DNA of 64,000 bases from an uncultured Gemmatimonadota bacterium. Lineage in GTDB: Bacteria; SM23-81; DAOVCL01. This document shows positions 37,697-47,008 of the stretch, one piece after another; the first letter of the stretch is position 1; every line of letters starts with the position of its first letter. The notes under the pieces were generated by a model. It was not told the origin of the DNA, made no database searches, and saw nothing but the letters and a program-made list of their open reading frames with translations. The DNA is taken from assembly GCA_964626665.1 (NCBI GenBank), contig CAZVGK010000002.1, positions 64,001 through 128,000 on the forward strand, in the 5' to 3' direction. A program made the translations under genes and the position numbers.

Positions 37697-40600
37697 TTGT
37701 ACCTTTCTCGGCTCCAGATATTTGGTTTCAAGTCCTTTCTTCAAAGGATGGATCTCAAATTTGATGGCCAAGTCTGTGCTTTGGTGGGACCTAACGGCTG
37801 CGGAAAGACCAACATAGTGGATGCCATTAGATGGGTCTTAGGGGAACAGAGGCCCTCCCTCTTGCGCGGGGAGAGGATGGAAGGGGTTATCTTCCACGGG
37901 ACTAAGGTCAGAAAACCTTTGGGGATGGCTGAGGTCACCCTGACCATAGACAACTCCGCCAATCTGCTGCCCACGGAGTTTACCGAGGTGACCCTTACCC
38001 GCCGGCTCTTTCGTTCTGGGGAGAGCGAGTACCTGCTTAACGGGGTTTCCTGCAGGCTCAAGGATTTCCATCAGTTGCTCTTTGATTCCGGAATGGGGGT
38101 AGGTGCCTATTCCATATTGAGCAGGGAGCAGATCGACAGCCTGCTCAGCTCCAAGGAGGAGGAGAGGAGAGCCATCCTGGAGGAGGCTGCGGGGATCACC
38201 AGGTACAAGTCCCAGAGGAGGGAGGCCCAGAGGAAGTTGGAATTGACCAAGAAGGACCTGGTAAGGATTGCTGACCTCATCTCGGAGGTGGAGAAGAGGA
38301 CTTCCAACCTGGGCCGTCAGGCGAGGTTGGCCCGGCGGTGGGAGGAGAGGAAGAAGGAAATTAATAGGCTATCCCTCCTCCTGACCCGCAGGGACTATGG
38401 GAAACTGAAAGCCAGGTTGAATCAAATTGGGGAGGAGATGAAGGCCCTGCGGGGGGAGATCTCTCAGGAGGAGGGCCGGGGAAATAAGATTTCCCTGAGA
38501 TTAGATGGGATTGCCGCGCAGCTTAGGGAGAAGAGGGAGGAGCTCTCCCGCCGCAGGGAGAGGTTGCACGAGTTTTCCCGCAGGGTGAGCGCTCTGAAGG
38601 GGGAGGTATCCCTCAGGGAGGAGAGGATAAGGAACCTTAGGGAATTGGCCCGGCGGGAGAGGGGGGAGGAAGAGAGGTTAAGGGATAGGTTGGCGCAGAC
38701 CCAGGGGGAGAAAGAGGATATCGAGAGGGGATTGCAGGTTTTAACCCCTCAGATTAGTAAGCTTGCGGGGGAGGGTGAACGGCAGGAAGTCTCCCTCTCC
38801 CAATTAGAGGAGAAACATCTAAGCCTAAAGGGAGAAATTGCTGCCCTGAGGAGGGAGCTCGCTGGCCTGATGGAGGGTTATGGAACCAGGCTAACCGAGA
38901 AGGAGAGGTACACTGCCGAATTACAGGGGATAACCAGTCAGGAGGAGAGGCTAAAAGGGGAGGGAAAGGAGATTGAAGAGAAGTTAAGGGCCAGTGAGAG
39001 GAGGAGAAAGGAAGCAAGGGCTAATGTGCAATCGCTAACCGCCAAGCTGAGGGAGATAGAGGAAGAGCTGAGAGGTGAACAGGAGGGATATGGGGTTGCC
39101 CAGGAGAGGCTGAAGAAGCTGACTGCCAAGAGGGATGAGTTGCAAGGGATGATCTCCTCCCTTGATTCTCAGATCAGGTTTTGGAAACAGTTGGTGAGCC
39201 AAAGGGAAGGTCTCTCCAACGGGGCCAAGGCCCTATTGGAGAAGGGAATCCCGGAGGTGCGGGGAGTGGTGGCAGATTTAATCAATGCAAAAGAGGGCTA
39301 CGAGACGGCCATCGCCGGTGCTTTGGGACCCATGGCCTGCGGGCTCATTGTAAGGGATTTGGCTTTGGCTCAGGATTGTCTTCTCCTCCTGAGGGATGAG
39401 GGGTTGGGGAAGGCTTCTTTTATTCCCCTCAGGGGAATTCCCAGACCGCGGCCGCTCCCCCCCCTTCCCCCGGGAGCCAGCGATTGGGCCAGGGATCTGG
39501 TGGGGTGTAACCCCCAATATAGCCCAATTTTGAACTTTCTGCTTGATAGATGGGTGGTGGTGGAGAAAATCCCCTCTCATCCAGGGGGGGATCTCAACTG
39601 GGTGAGCTTAGATGGGGAGACCCGTCTGGCCTGGGGGATGGTGAGCGGAGGCTCCCCGGATGTTGCCCCCCCTCTTGTGGGGAGGGAGAGGAAACTTGCG
39701 CAATTTCTCTCCGACCGGAGAGGCTATGCCGAGGAGGAGAGGAAGATTGTACTGAAGGTGGAAAGCGCTCAGGAGGAATTGGAAAGGAAGAGGGAGAGGA
39801 TAGGGATTTGGGGGGGGGAGAGGGAGGAGATAAGGGGAAGGTTGCAGGAGGTTGAGAGGGAGTTGGACAGGGAGGAGTTTTTCTCCAAGGAGCATGCAGA
39901 GAGAGAGAAGGAGATAAAGTTTAGGCTCCAGGAGAACAGGGAGAGGGGAAAAGAGTTAAGGAATCTATTGGCTCCCCTCCTGGAAGATCTCAAGGACCTG
40001 GAGGCGAAAAGGAGGGGGATAGAGGAGAAGCTGTGGGAAAGGGATGTTCAGTGGGAGAGGGTCAACGGGGAGCGGAGGGAGCTCACCAGGGATCTGAACG
40101 AAGGAAGGATGAAACTGATTAGCTTAGAGGGGAGAAGGGGAGAGTTAATATCCAGGTTGGGACGGATAGATGAACTCCAGGCGGCGCTTAAGGAAAATAT
40201 TCGGGAGAGAAGGGAAGAGGGGGAAAGGATTCAAGGGGAGAGGGAGAAGCTTGTGGGGGGGAAAAGCGAGATGGAGGAGCAGCTTGCCCAATTGTTCTCC
40301 GAGGAGAGTGGGAAGAGGAAGGGGATGGAGAAGATCGCCGACCAGGAGAGGAAGCTTGGCCAGGAACGGGAGAAGGGGGAGGTCCAGTTAAAGGCCCACC
40401 AGGGAAAGGCTGCGGAGATGGGGCTTAGGCTCCATCAATTGGAGGTGGAGTATGCCCAGGTGGAGGCCCAGGTTAAGGGCTTGAGAAAGAGGGTGCAGGA
40501 TGATTTTAGGGTGGAGATAGATCAGGTTCAGGAACCCGTCCAGGTGGAGGTAACCCAGGAGGGCATTGAGGCTTTAAAGGAGAGATTGCGGAGGCAGGGG

Positions 40601-41194
40601 CCGGTAAACCTTTTGGCCCTTGATGAGTACCAAAAGGAGAAGGAGAGGTTGGACTTCCTGCGGACGCAGAGGGATGATTTGCAGGAGGCAGAGGTTTCCT
40701 TAGAGAGGACGATTGCCAAGATAGACTACACGGCCCGGGAGAAATTTCTGCAAGCCCTGGAGAGGGTCAATCTTCACTTTCAGGAGGTCTTTGGCGAGCT
40801 CTTCTCCGGGGGTGAGGCCTGGCTGAGGCTGAAGCCAGGTGCCGATCCCTTAGAGGCTGAGGTGGATATATCGGTCAGCCCAAAGGGAAAGAGGCTTTTC
40901 AGCCTGGGACAGCTTTCCGGGGGGGAGAAGACATTGACCGCCATAGCTTTGCTTTTCTCCCTCTATTTGGTTAAACCCAGTCCCTTCTGCATCTTAGATG
41001 AGGTGGATGCTCCTTTGGATGATGGGAATGTGGAGAGGTTCCTGAGGTTAGTGAGGAGGTTTTCTCAGAATTCTCAGTTTATTATCATCACCCATAACAA
41101 ACGCACAATGGCAGAGGCCAACGTCCTCTATGGGATAACCATGGAGGAACCAGGTATTTCCAAATTGGTCTCCGTAAAGGTGGAGGGAAGTTAG
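37697..41194 (+). CDS. smc: Chromosome segregation protein SMC
   Basis: FGFKSF, GPNGCGKTN, coiled coils, hinge GKASFIPL, LSGGEK, LDEVDAPLD. Confidence 0.97.
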   Translation: MYLSRLQIFGFKSFLQRMDLKFDGQVCALVGPNGCGKTNIVDAIRWVLGEQRPSLLRGERMEGVIFHGTKVRKPLGMAEVTLTIDNSANLLPTEFTEVTLTRRLFRSGESEYLLNGVSCRLKDFHQLLFDSGMGVGAYSILSREQIDSLLSSKEEERRAILEEAAGITRYKSQRREAQRKLELTKKDLVRIADLISEVEKRTSNLGRQARLARRWEERKKEINRLSLLLTRRDYGKLKARLNQIGEEMKALRGEISQEEGRGNKISLRLDGIAAQLREKREELSRRRERLHEFSRRVSALKGEVSLREERIRNLRELARRERGEEERLRDRLAQTQGEKEDIERGLQVLTPQISKLAGEGERQEVSLSQLEEKHLSLKGEIAALRRELAGLMEGYGTRLTEKERYTAELQGITSQEERLKGEGKEIEEKLRASERRRKEARANVQSLTAKLREIEEELRGEQEGYGVAQERLKKLTAKRDELQGMISSLDSQIRFWKQLVSQREGLSNGAKALLEKGIPEVRGVVADLINAKEGYETAIAGALGPMACGLIVRDLALAQDCLLLLRDEGLGKASFIPLRGIPRPRPLPPLPPGASDWARDLVGCNPQYSPILNFLLDRWVVVEKIPSHPGGDLNWVSLDGETRLAWGMVSGGSPDVAPPLVGRERKLAQFLSDRRGYAEEERKIVLKVESAQEELERKRERIGIWGGEREEIRGRLQEVERELDREEFFSKEHAEREKEIKFRLQENRERGKELRNLLAPLLEDLKDLEAKRRGIEEKLWERDVQWERVNGERRELTRDLNEGRMKLISLEGRRGELISRLGRIDELQAALKENIRERREEGERIQGEREKLVGGKSEMEEQLAQLFSEESGKRKGMEKIADQERKLGQEREKGEVQLKAHQGKAAEMGLRLHQLEVEYAQVEAQVKGLRKRVQDDFRVEIDQVQEPVQVEVTQEGIEALKERLRRQGPVNLLALDEYQKEKERLDFLRTQRDDLQEAEVSLERTIAKIDYTAREKFLQALERVNLHFQEVFGELFSGGEAWLRLKPGADPLEAEVDISVSPKGKRLFSLGQLSGGEKTLTAIALLFSLYLVKPSPFCILDEVDAPLDDGNVERFLRLVRRFSQNSQFIIITHNKRTMAEANVLYGITMEEPGISKLVSVKVEGS

Positions 41195-42130
41195 ATGGGG
41201 AGGCTTTCATCAGGTCTTTTCAAGACCCGTGAGCTTTTCTGGGGAAGATTGGCTAAGGTGTTGGGCAGATCCCAGATCAACGGGGCGGTTTGGGAAGGGA
41301 TGGAGGAGGTGCTCATGCTCTGCGATATCGGTCTGGAGGCGACTACCCGGCTCTTGATTGAACTCAAGGAGAGGGTAAGCAAGGAAAGGCTGCAGGATCC
41401 CTTCCTTTTAATTGAGGCCTTGAAGGGAAGGTTAAAGGCCATTATGAGGGAGGGCGGAGGGGACGATCTCAGGCCACGGACCAAGCCCTGGGTGATAATG
41501 GCGGTGGGAATTAACGGAACAGGAAAGACGACCACTATAGGAAAACTCTCCCATCTCTACCACAAGGAGGGCTATCGGGTTTTGCTGGCTGCCGCGGATA
41601 CCTTTCGAGCCGCAGGAACTGAGCAGTTGTCCCTCTGGGCCCAGCTTTCTGGGGCGGATGTGGTTAGGAACCTCCCGGGGGCCGATCCGGCTTCCGTGGC
41701 CTATGATGGCTTGGAGGCGGCCATAATTAGAGGTTACGATCTGCTTATTGTGGATACGGCAGGAAGGCTGCACACCAAGGTAAACCTGATGGAGGAACTG
41801 CGGAAGATAAAGAGGGTTCTGGCGAAAAGGCTTCCGGGGAGTCCCCATGAGGTTTTGCTTGTCTTAGATGCCACCACCGGTCAGAATGCCATCTCCCAGG
41901 CCAGGCTTTTTCACGAGGGAATAGGGATAACCGGGTTGGTGCTGGCCAAACTGGATGGGACCGCCAAAGGGGGGATAGTGGTGGCCATAAAGGAGAAGCT
42001 GGGGCTTCCTGTGCGGTTTGTGGGCACAGGGGAGGGAGTGGATGATCTGGAATCCTTTGATCCCGATGAGTTCATCGATGCCCTCTTTGAGGGAGCCCAA
42101 GTGGACCTAGGATCGAAGAAAAGCAGTTAA
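41195..42130 (+). CDS. ftsY: SRP receptor FtsY (short form without acidic domain)
   Basis: GINGTGKTT, DTFRAA, DTAGR, KLDGTAKGG. Confidence 0.96.
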   Translation: MGRLSSGLFKTRELFWGRLAKVLGRSQINGAVWEGMEEVLMLCDIGLEATTRLLIELKERVSKERLQDPFLLIEALKGRLKAIMREGGGDDLRPRTKPWVIMAVGINGTGKTTTIGKLSHLYHKEGYRVLLAAADTFRAAGTEQLSLWAQLSGADVVRNLPGADPASVAYDGLEAAIIRGYDLLIVDTAGRLHTKVNLMEELRKIKRVLAKRLPGSPHEVLLVLDATTGQNAISQARLFHEGIGITGLVLAKLDGTAKGGIVVAIKEKLGLPVRFVGTGEGVDDLESFDPDEFIDALFEGAQVDLGSKKSS

Positions 42131-42243
42131 ATTCACTGGGGGGGGATCAAATCTCCAGGAGGGGTAACACAGATAGCGAAGCTTCGAATTGTAAAATGGA
42201 AAGTGCAAAGTGTAAAAATCAAATAGCTTCCACGCCTGCTAAG

Positions 42244-42295
42244 GTAGCCGCAACCTTTAGGTTGCGAAAATACGCAGACTGAAGTCTGCGGCTAC
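42244..42295. repeat. GTAG-type REP doublet upstream of the RAYT gene
   Basis: GTAGCCGCAACCTTTAGGTTGCG..CGCAGACTGAAGTCTGCGGCTAC; repeated at 43370-43422, half copy at 50035-50057. Confidence 0.85.
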
Positions 42296-42314
42296 CAGGG
42301 GGAAACCAACGCAA

Positions 42315-43354
42315 ATGAAACGTATGAATCCGAATACTTCCATTAGAGAGAAAGGACATCGGCTGCCCAGAGAGCTTTATCGAGGGCAAATAGCTGTTGC
42401 TTTCACGCTCTGTACTACACTTTTGCAAGATCTTGTTTTTTTGATAAACTTTTTTCAGGGTGCCTTAAGGGAATCTTCAGTTAAAGCTGAGAGGCGCAAG
42501 ATTGCTTCGTCGTTTCACTCCTCGCAATGACATATTCCTTTGCCTGTCATTGCGAGGCTTGCCTGAGCCGAAGCCCTGAACGAAGCGAGGTGGCAAGCCG
42601 AAGCAATCTCCTGCTTCTACTGCACTTTAATGCGAGTTACTATGGAGTGCGTCAACTCCTGTTGACGCATGCTGTGACAGGAGTCACAGCACTCCAAAAG
42701 GGGCTAAAGCCCTATCCACCCCAGCTAAAGCCGGGTAGAAAAAAGCTCACCCTGAGCTGTCAGACCCTCCCCGAGCCGTCAGAACCCCAATTCTGACGGC
42801 AGAAAGAGGTGGTGGCAGAATCGGGGTTCTGCCACCTCAACAAGAGAGATCGCAGTGAATAGGAACGTTTTCTTATCTATTCGTGTTCTATCAGTGTAAT
42901 CGGTGTAATCCGTGGCCCTTGTTTGGTTACGGCTTCGCTGCGCTGTGTAAAAGGTAAATTTTCTTTCCTGGAGAATCCGCAGATAGCAGAGATTTGCATC
43001 GAATTTTTAGAAGAGACTGCGTCCCTTTCTGGATGCATTGTGGTAGTATATCGTTTTATGCTTGATCATGTCCATTTTATTCTTTCTGGTATAAAAGACG
43101 ATGCTAACCTATGGGGAGCCGTAGTGCGTTTTAAACAAAAGACAGGGTTCTACCTGAAGAGACGCAATGGTCTATTTCAATGGCAAAAGGATTTTTACGA
43201 TCATATAATTCGTCAAAACGAAAATCTAATAACGCAGGTTAGATATATTCTGGATAATCCTGTACGGAAAGGATTAGTGAATAACTGGAATGATTATCCC
43301 CTTAAGGGGAGTATAGGCATTAGGTTAGAGGAAGTGTTGCGGGGATGTCTATAA
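42315..43354 (+). pseudogene. REP-associated tyrosine transposase (RAYT), interrupted by a 533-bp insertion
   Basis: N-part REKGHRLPRELYRGQIAVAFTLC (to 42413) joins VKGK...DHVH...WQKDFYDHIIR...YILDNPVRKG (from 42947). Confidence 0.85.
42414..42946. mobile_element. ORF-less composite REP-carrying insertion, copy 2
   Basis: CTGT at both junctions; its removal restores the RAYT frame. Confidence 0.75.
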
Positions 43355-43369
43355 CCGAGTATTACTATG

Positions 43370-43422
43370 GTAGCCGCGACCTCGTAGGTTGCGAAAATAC
43401 GCAGACTGAAGTCTGCGGCTAC
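43370..43422. repeat. GTAG-type REP doublet downstream of the RAYT gene
   Basis: Direct repeat of 42244-42295. Confidence 0.85.
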
Positions 43423-43449
43423 CAGGGGATTTTGAATTAAATTAAAGGA

Positions 43450-43677
43450 TTGATTATGCCTAAAAATAACGCAAAAGCAAATGAGGTCAACCAGACTGGG
43501 CTTTACTGGCCAGGGAAGCGAACGGAAATAGAAAGGGTTATCCTTCCCTTTCAGGTAGTAGAGACCATCAATGAGTCCAAGGCAGACAGGGAGAAAGCCC
43601 AGAGGGATGCCTGGAGCAGGGGCCTGGATTCCTATCTCCAGATGATGTATGATCGGCGGTGCTGGCTAAACCCGTAA
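43450..43677 (+). pseudogene. Internally deleted remnant of a type III-like site-specific DNA methyltransferase N-terminus
   Basis: LYWPGK..ILPFQVVETINES fused directly to RDAWSRGLDSYLQMMYDR; catalytic motifs absent. Confidence 0.6.
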
Positions 43678-43691
43678 GCAGGGGGTAAAGG

Positions 43692-44819
43692 ATGGCTAAA
43701 CTTGAGCAGATTATACTACAGCTCCGGAAAGAATTACAAAAATGGCGTGGTAAATCCATTAAGGAGAAATCTACCTGTATGGTATTTATCGAACCGCTTT
43801 TGGAGGCTTTAGGTTGGGATACCAGAGACCTAAATGAGGTGGAGCCTGAATATACAACGGTAGACGGAAAACAAGTAGACTATGCATTAAAGATTACAGG
43901 AAAACCAGCCCTCTATTTAGAAGCTAAACCCCTGGACGATGACCTGAAAGACCTTAAAGCCATTACGCAAATTGTCAATTACGCTAATGCTGATGGACTT
44001 GATTGGTCTGTGCTGACTAATGGGGTTCGGTATCAAGTTTATCGAAGTTCCGAAAAAGTTCCCGCACCAGACAAACTTCTCTTTGAATGTTCGTTAGACT
44101 CCAAGGATAATCCAGGAGTCCCCATCGAGGAGATCGCTCGCATGCTTAGCCGCTTATCAAAGGAGGCGATTGCTGAGGGAAAACTTGATTCTTGGGGTAA
44201 AGCCATATTTACAGATATGAAAATCCGGAAGTCCTTAGAGCAGATTTTCATGGATCCTCCTCGTGCGTTACTCAACCTGGTGAGGACAGTAAGCGGTGAT
44301 CCTTCCCTCCAGCCTAAGGAAATTAGGGAGTCCTTCGTGCGAATTTGGCAGGGGACTCAAGAAGGTCAGAACGCAGAGTTGGCTTTCAAGGCCCAAAGAG
44401 TGCAGGAGTTCGAGACGGCAAAAGTAGGGAAAGGTGTGAAACCTCAGTATTCTCTGGAACAACATATTCAAGGGAAACCTCAAGCTACTGTGGAGTTGTT
44501 CCGTCGGCTCGATGGAGCAATTTTGGCATTTGCTCCAGGAGGGATCCAAAAGCAACCTCGCAAGCATGTGATAAACTACCTACACAATGGGAAGATCTTC
44601 TGTGGTTTGCATATACTGAAGAGCAGCTTGAGAATCTGGGTAAAACTTAGATATGAGGATTTGGCCAATCCGCCCGATTTCGTTCGTGATGTGAGCAAGA
44701 TCGGCCACTGGGGTGTGGGAGAGACTGAGATCGACTTAAGCGACGAAGGGCAACTGCAAGCAACTTTGCGCTTAATTCGTGATAGTTTCGAAAGGAGGCT
44801 GGAGACAAACGTCCTATAG
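43692..44819 (+). CDS. HsdR-N-like PD-(D/E)xK restriction nuclease with C-terminal DUF5655-like domain
   Basis: FIEPLLEALGWD..EVEPEY..VDYAL..YLEAK..LTNG; C-terminal RDVSKIGHWGVG. Confidence 0.75.
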   Translation: MAKLEQIILQLRKELQKWRGKSIKEKSTCMVFIEPLLEALGWDTRDLNEVEPEYTTVDGKQVDYALKITGKPALYLEAKPLDDDLKDLKAITQIVNYANADGLDWSVLTNGVRYQVYRSSEKVPAPDKLLFECSLDSKDNPGVPIEEIARMLSRLSKEAIAEGKLDSWGKAIFTDMKIRKSLEQIFMDPPRALLNLVRTVSGDPSLQPKEIRESFVRIWQGTQEGQNAELAFKAQRVQEFETAKVGKGVKPQYSLEQHIQGKPQATVELFRRLDGAILAFAPGGIQKQPRKHVINYLHNGKIFCGLHILKSSLRIWVKLRYEDLANPPDFVRDVSKIGHWGVGETEIDLSDEGQLQATLRLIRDSFERRLETNVL

Positions 44820-45055
44820 GGTCATACTTGAAATGGTTCTGGGTCAAAGTAGCTATATAGCCCAGTATATGCATAGGCTTAGAGTTTCCCCTTTGTGCCT
44901 CTCCTGCTGTGTGATTATCGGTGTTGAACTATCGAGGAAAACTGAAACCTACTGAGGTTTCTCGAAGTAGATACCTTGGAAAGGAAGCTGGCCTATGGTA
45001 AATTTTGTAGTGAGGTGGTGGGGTGGGAAAATTCAAACCTTATCAGGGGGTTAGA

Positions 45056-46999
45056 ATGAAGAGAGTTTACTGGGTTTTCCCCTTCCTCCTATTGGGGCTT
45101 CTGGCCTGGGGCTGTGCTGCCCAGCGCCAAGCGATTCCAACGGGGATGGTGCAAACTCTAAAAGGGATCCAGGGCGAGAAATATCCGGATGCTAATGCGG
45201 TGGTCGTTTTTGATAGCATAAGAGTAGACCTTCAGCCCTCGGGGAAATATGTCCAGAGGGAGCACAAGCTGGTCAAGATACTCACTGAGCAGGGAAAGGA
45301 GAACTACAGTCAGGCCAATTTCGGCTATTTCAGCCTTTACGATACCGTCATAGTGGCTATGGCTCGGGTCGTGGGACGAGGGGGGACAACTATCAATGTC
45401 CCCGCGGAGGAGATTAAGGACATTCCCCTTCCTGTCTTTGGGAAGTTTTTCCTACCCAATGTGAGGGAGAAGATCATTACCTTCCCTAACTTAGTCCTGG
45501 GTTCTTCGGTTGAGTTTATCACCAAAGACATAATGAGGAACCCACCAATGGAGGATAATTTTGACACCTACCTCCTCTTTGAGGGGATGGATCCCCTCTC
45601 CTGTCAGGTATTTGAGCTCATAGCACCCAGGGGAATGGAGGTCAAACATCTGGTGAAAAATGGGAAACTAAATTTTTCCCGCCAGGAACTGGGAGATAAA
45701 GTACTCTACCGCTGGGAGGCAAGAGGTGTCCCCCGAGTTATCCGTGAGACCGGTATGCCACCACTATGGGATGTGGCAACTAAACTCCTGATCACCACTG
45801 TCCCCTCCTGGGAGGATTGGTCCAGATGGTATTACGAGGTGGCCAGCCCCACCTTTGAACCCGATCAGGCCATAAGGGATAAGGTGACCGAATTGACCTC
45901 AGGTCTGCAGACAGAGGAGGAGAAGATCAGGGCCCTCTACTATTTCGTATCCCAGAAGATAAGATATGTGGGCACCTCTATGTCCGGGAAAAAGTCTGGA
46001 TTTAAACCTTTTCCTGCACCTAAGACCTTCAAACAACAGTTTGGGGTCTGTCGGGACAAGGCGGCCCTCTTGGTCTCTATGCTCAAGGTTCTGGGGGTGG
46101 ATGCCTATATCGTCCTGACCAATCCTGTTATCCGTGTAGAGAAGGAACTTCCAGCGGATCAGTTTAATCACGCCATAGTGGCTATAAAGAATTCCGAGGG
46201 AAAGTTCTGGTGGCTCGATCCGACTGCAGAGGATACCAGAGAGTTTCTCACCCCCTTTGAGCAGGACAAGGCCGTGCTGGTCTCCAATCAGCAGGGGGAG
46301 GACTTAGAGTTTACCCCTGTAATACCACCTACCGATGGGATGGCCCATATAGTGGCTGTATCCTCTCTCAAACCCGACGGCAGCTTGGAGAGCCAGGTGA
46401 CCATGGAGCCGCATGGGTCCTATGATGTTGTCTTCCGCTCCTGGCTGAAGCGGATACCTCCAATGCAGAGGGAGATGATGTTTCAAGGCCTCCTCCAATC
46501 GGTCTCCCCCGGGGCAATGGTAAAAAACATAGAGATCTCAGACCTGAGCGATCTCTATACCCCAGTGAAGATAGAGATCGACTACACAGTTGCTGACTAT
46601 TGGATGAAAGCCGGCGACTACTATCTCTTCTCAGCCCCTACTGCCGTGGGGACATTCGACTTTCTCTCCTTTGCCTTCCTCAGGGGGGCAAGTTTACCCC
46701 AGAGGAATTATCCACTGAATATCAGGACCACTTTTGGTTCCTCCATTGAGGAGGAGATCAATCTCCCCCCGGGCTTTATCCTGAAGGCCATTCCCTCGGC
46801 GATAGAGAGTTCCTATCCTCATTTTTCCTTTCAAGCCTCCTATCAGACCCAGGGAAAGAAGGTGCGCTTCACCAGGAGAGTCCTCTATAATCAGCCAAAG
46901 ATTTCCCTCGCTGAGTATGGGGATCTGAGGGATATGTTACAAGGAGTGGAGAGATCTTCTAAGGGGAAGATCATATTAGTGGCTAAACAAAATTTATAG
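45056..46999 (+). CDS. DUF3857/transglutaminase-like lipoprotein with intact catalytic triad
   Basis: Lipobox LAWGC after ATG 45056; GVCRDKA, FNHAI, LDPT. Confidence 0.85.
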   Translation: MKRVYWVFPFLLLGLLAWGCAAQRQAIPTGMVQTLKGIQGEKYPDANAVVVFDSIRVDLQPSGKYVQREHKLVKILTEQGKENYSQANFGYFSLYDTVIVAMARVVGRGGTTINVPAEEIKDIPLPVFGKFFLPNVREKIITFPNLVLGSSVEFITKDIMRNPPMEDNFDTYLLFEGMDPLSCQVFELIAPRGMEVKHLVKNGKLNFSRQELGDKVLYRWEARGVPRVIRETGMPPLWDVATKLLITTVPSWEDWSRWYYEVASPTFEPDQAIRDKVTELTSGLQTEEEKIRALYYFVSQKIRYVGTSMSGKKSGFKPFPAPKTFKQQFGVCRDKAALLVSMLKVLGVDAYIVLTNPVIRVEKELPADQFNHAIVAIKNSEGKFWWLDPTAEDTREFLTPFEQDKAVLVSNQQGEDLEFTPVIPPTDGMAHIVAVSSLKPDGSLESQVTMEPHGSYDVVFRSWLKRIPPMQREMMFQGLLQSVSPGAMVKNIEISDLSDLYTPVKIEIDYTVADYWMKAGDYYLFSAPTAVGTFDFLSFAFLRGASLPQRNYPLNIRTTFGSSIEEEINLPPGFILKAIPSAIESSYPHFSFQASYQTQGKKVRFTRRVLYNQPKISLAEYGDLRDMLQGVERSSKGKIILVAKQNL

Positions 47000-47008
47000 G
47001 GAGGAAAA

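Noticed and set aside
37697-41194. Extreme purine (G/A) skew and low complexity
   Set aside because: Explained by the Glu/Arg/Lys-rich SMC coiled coils
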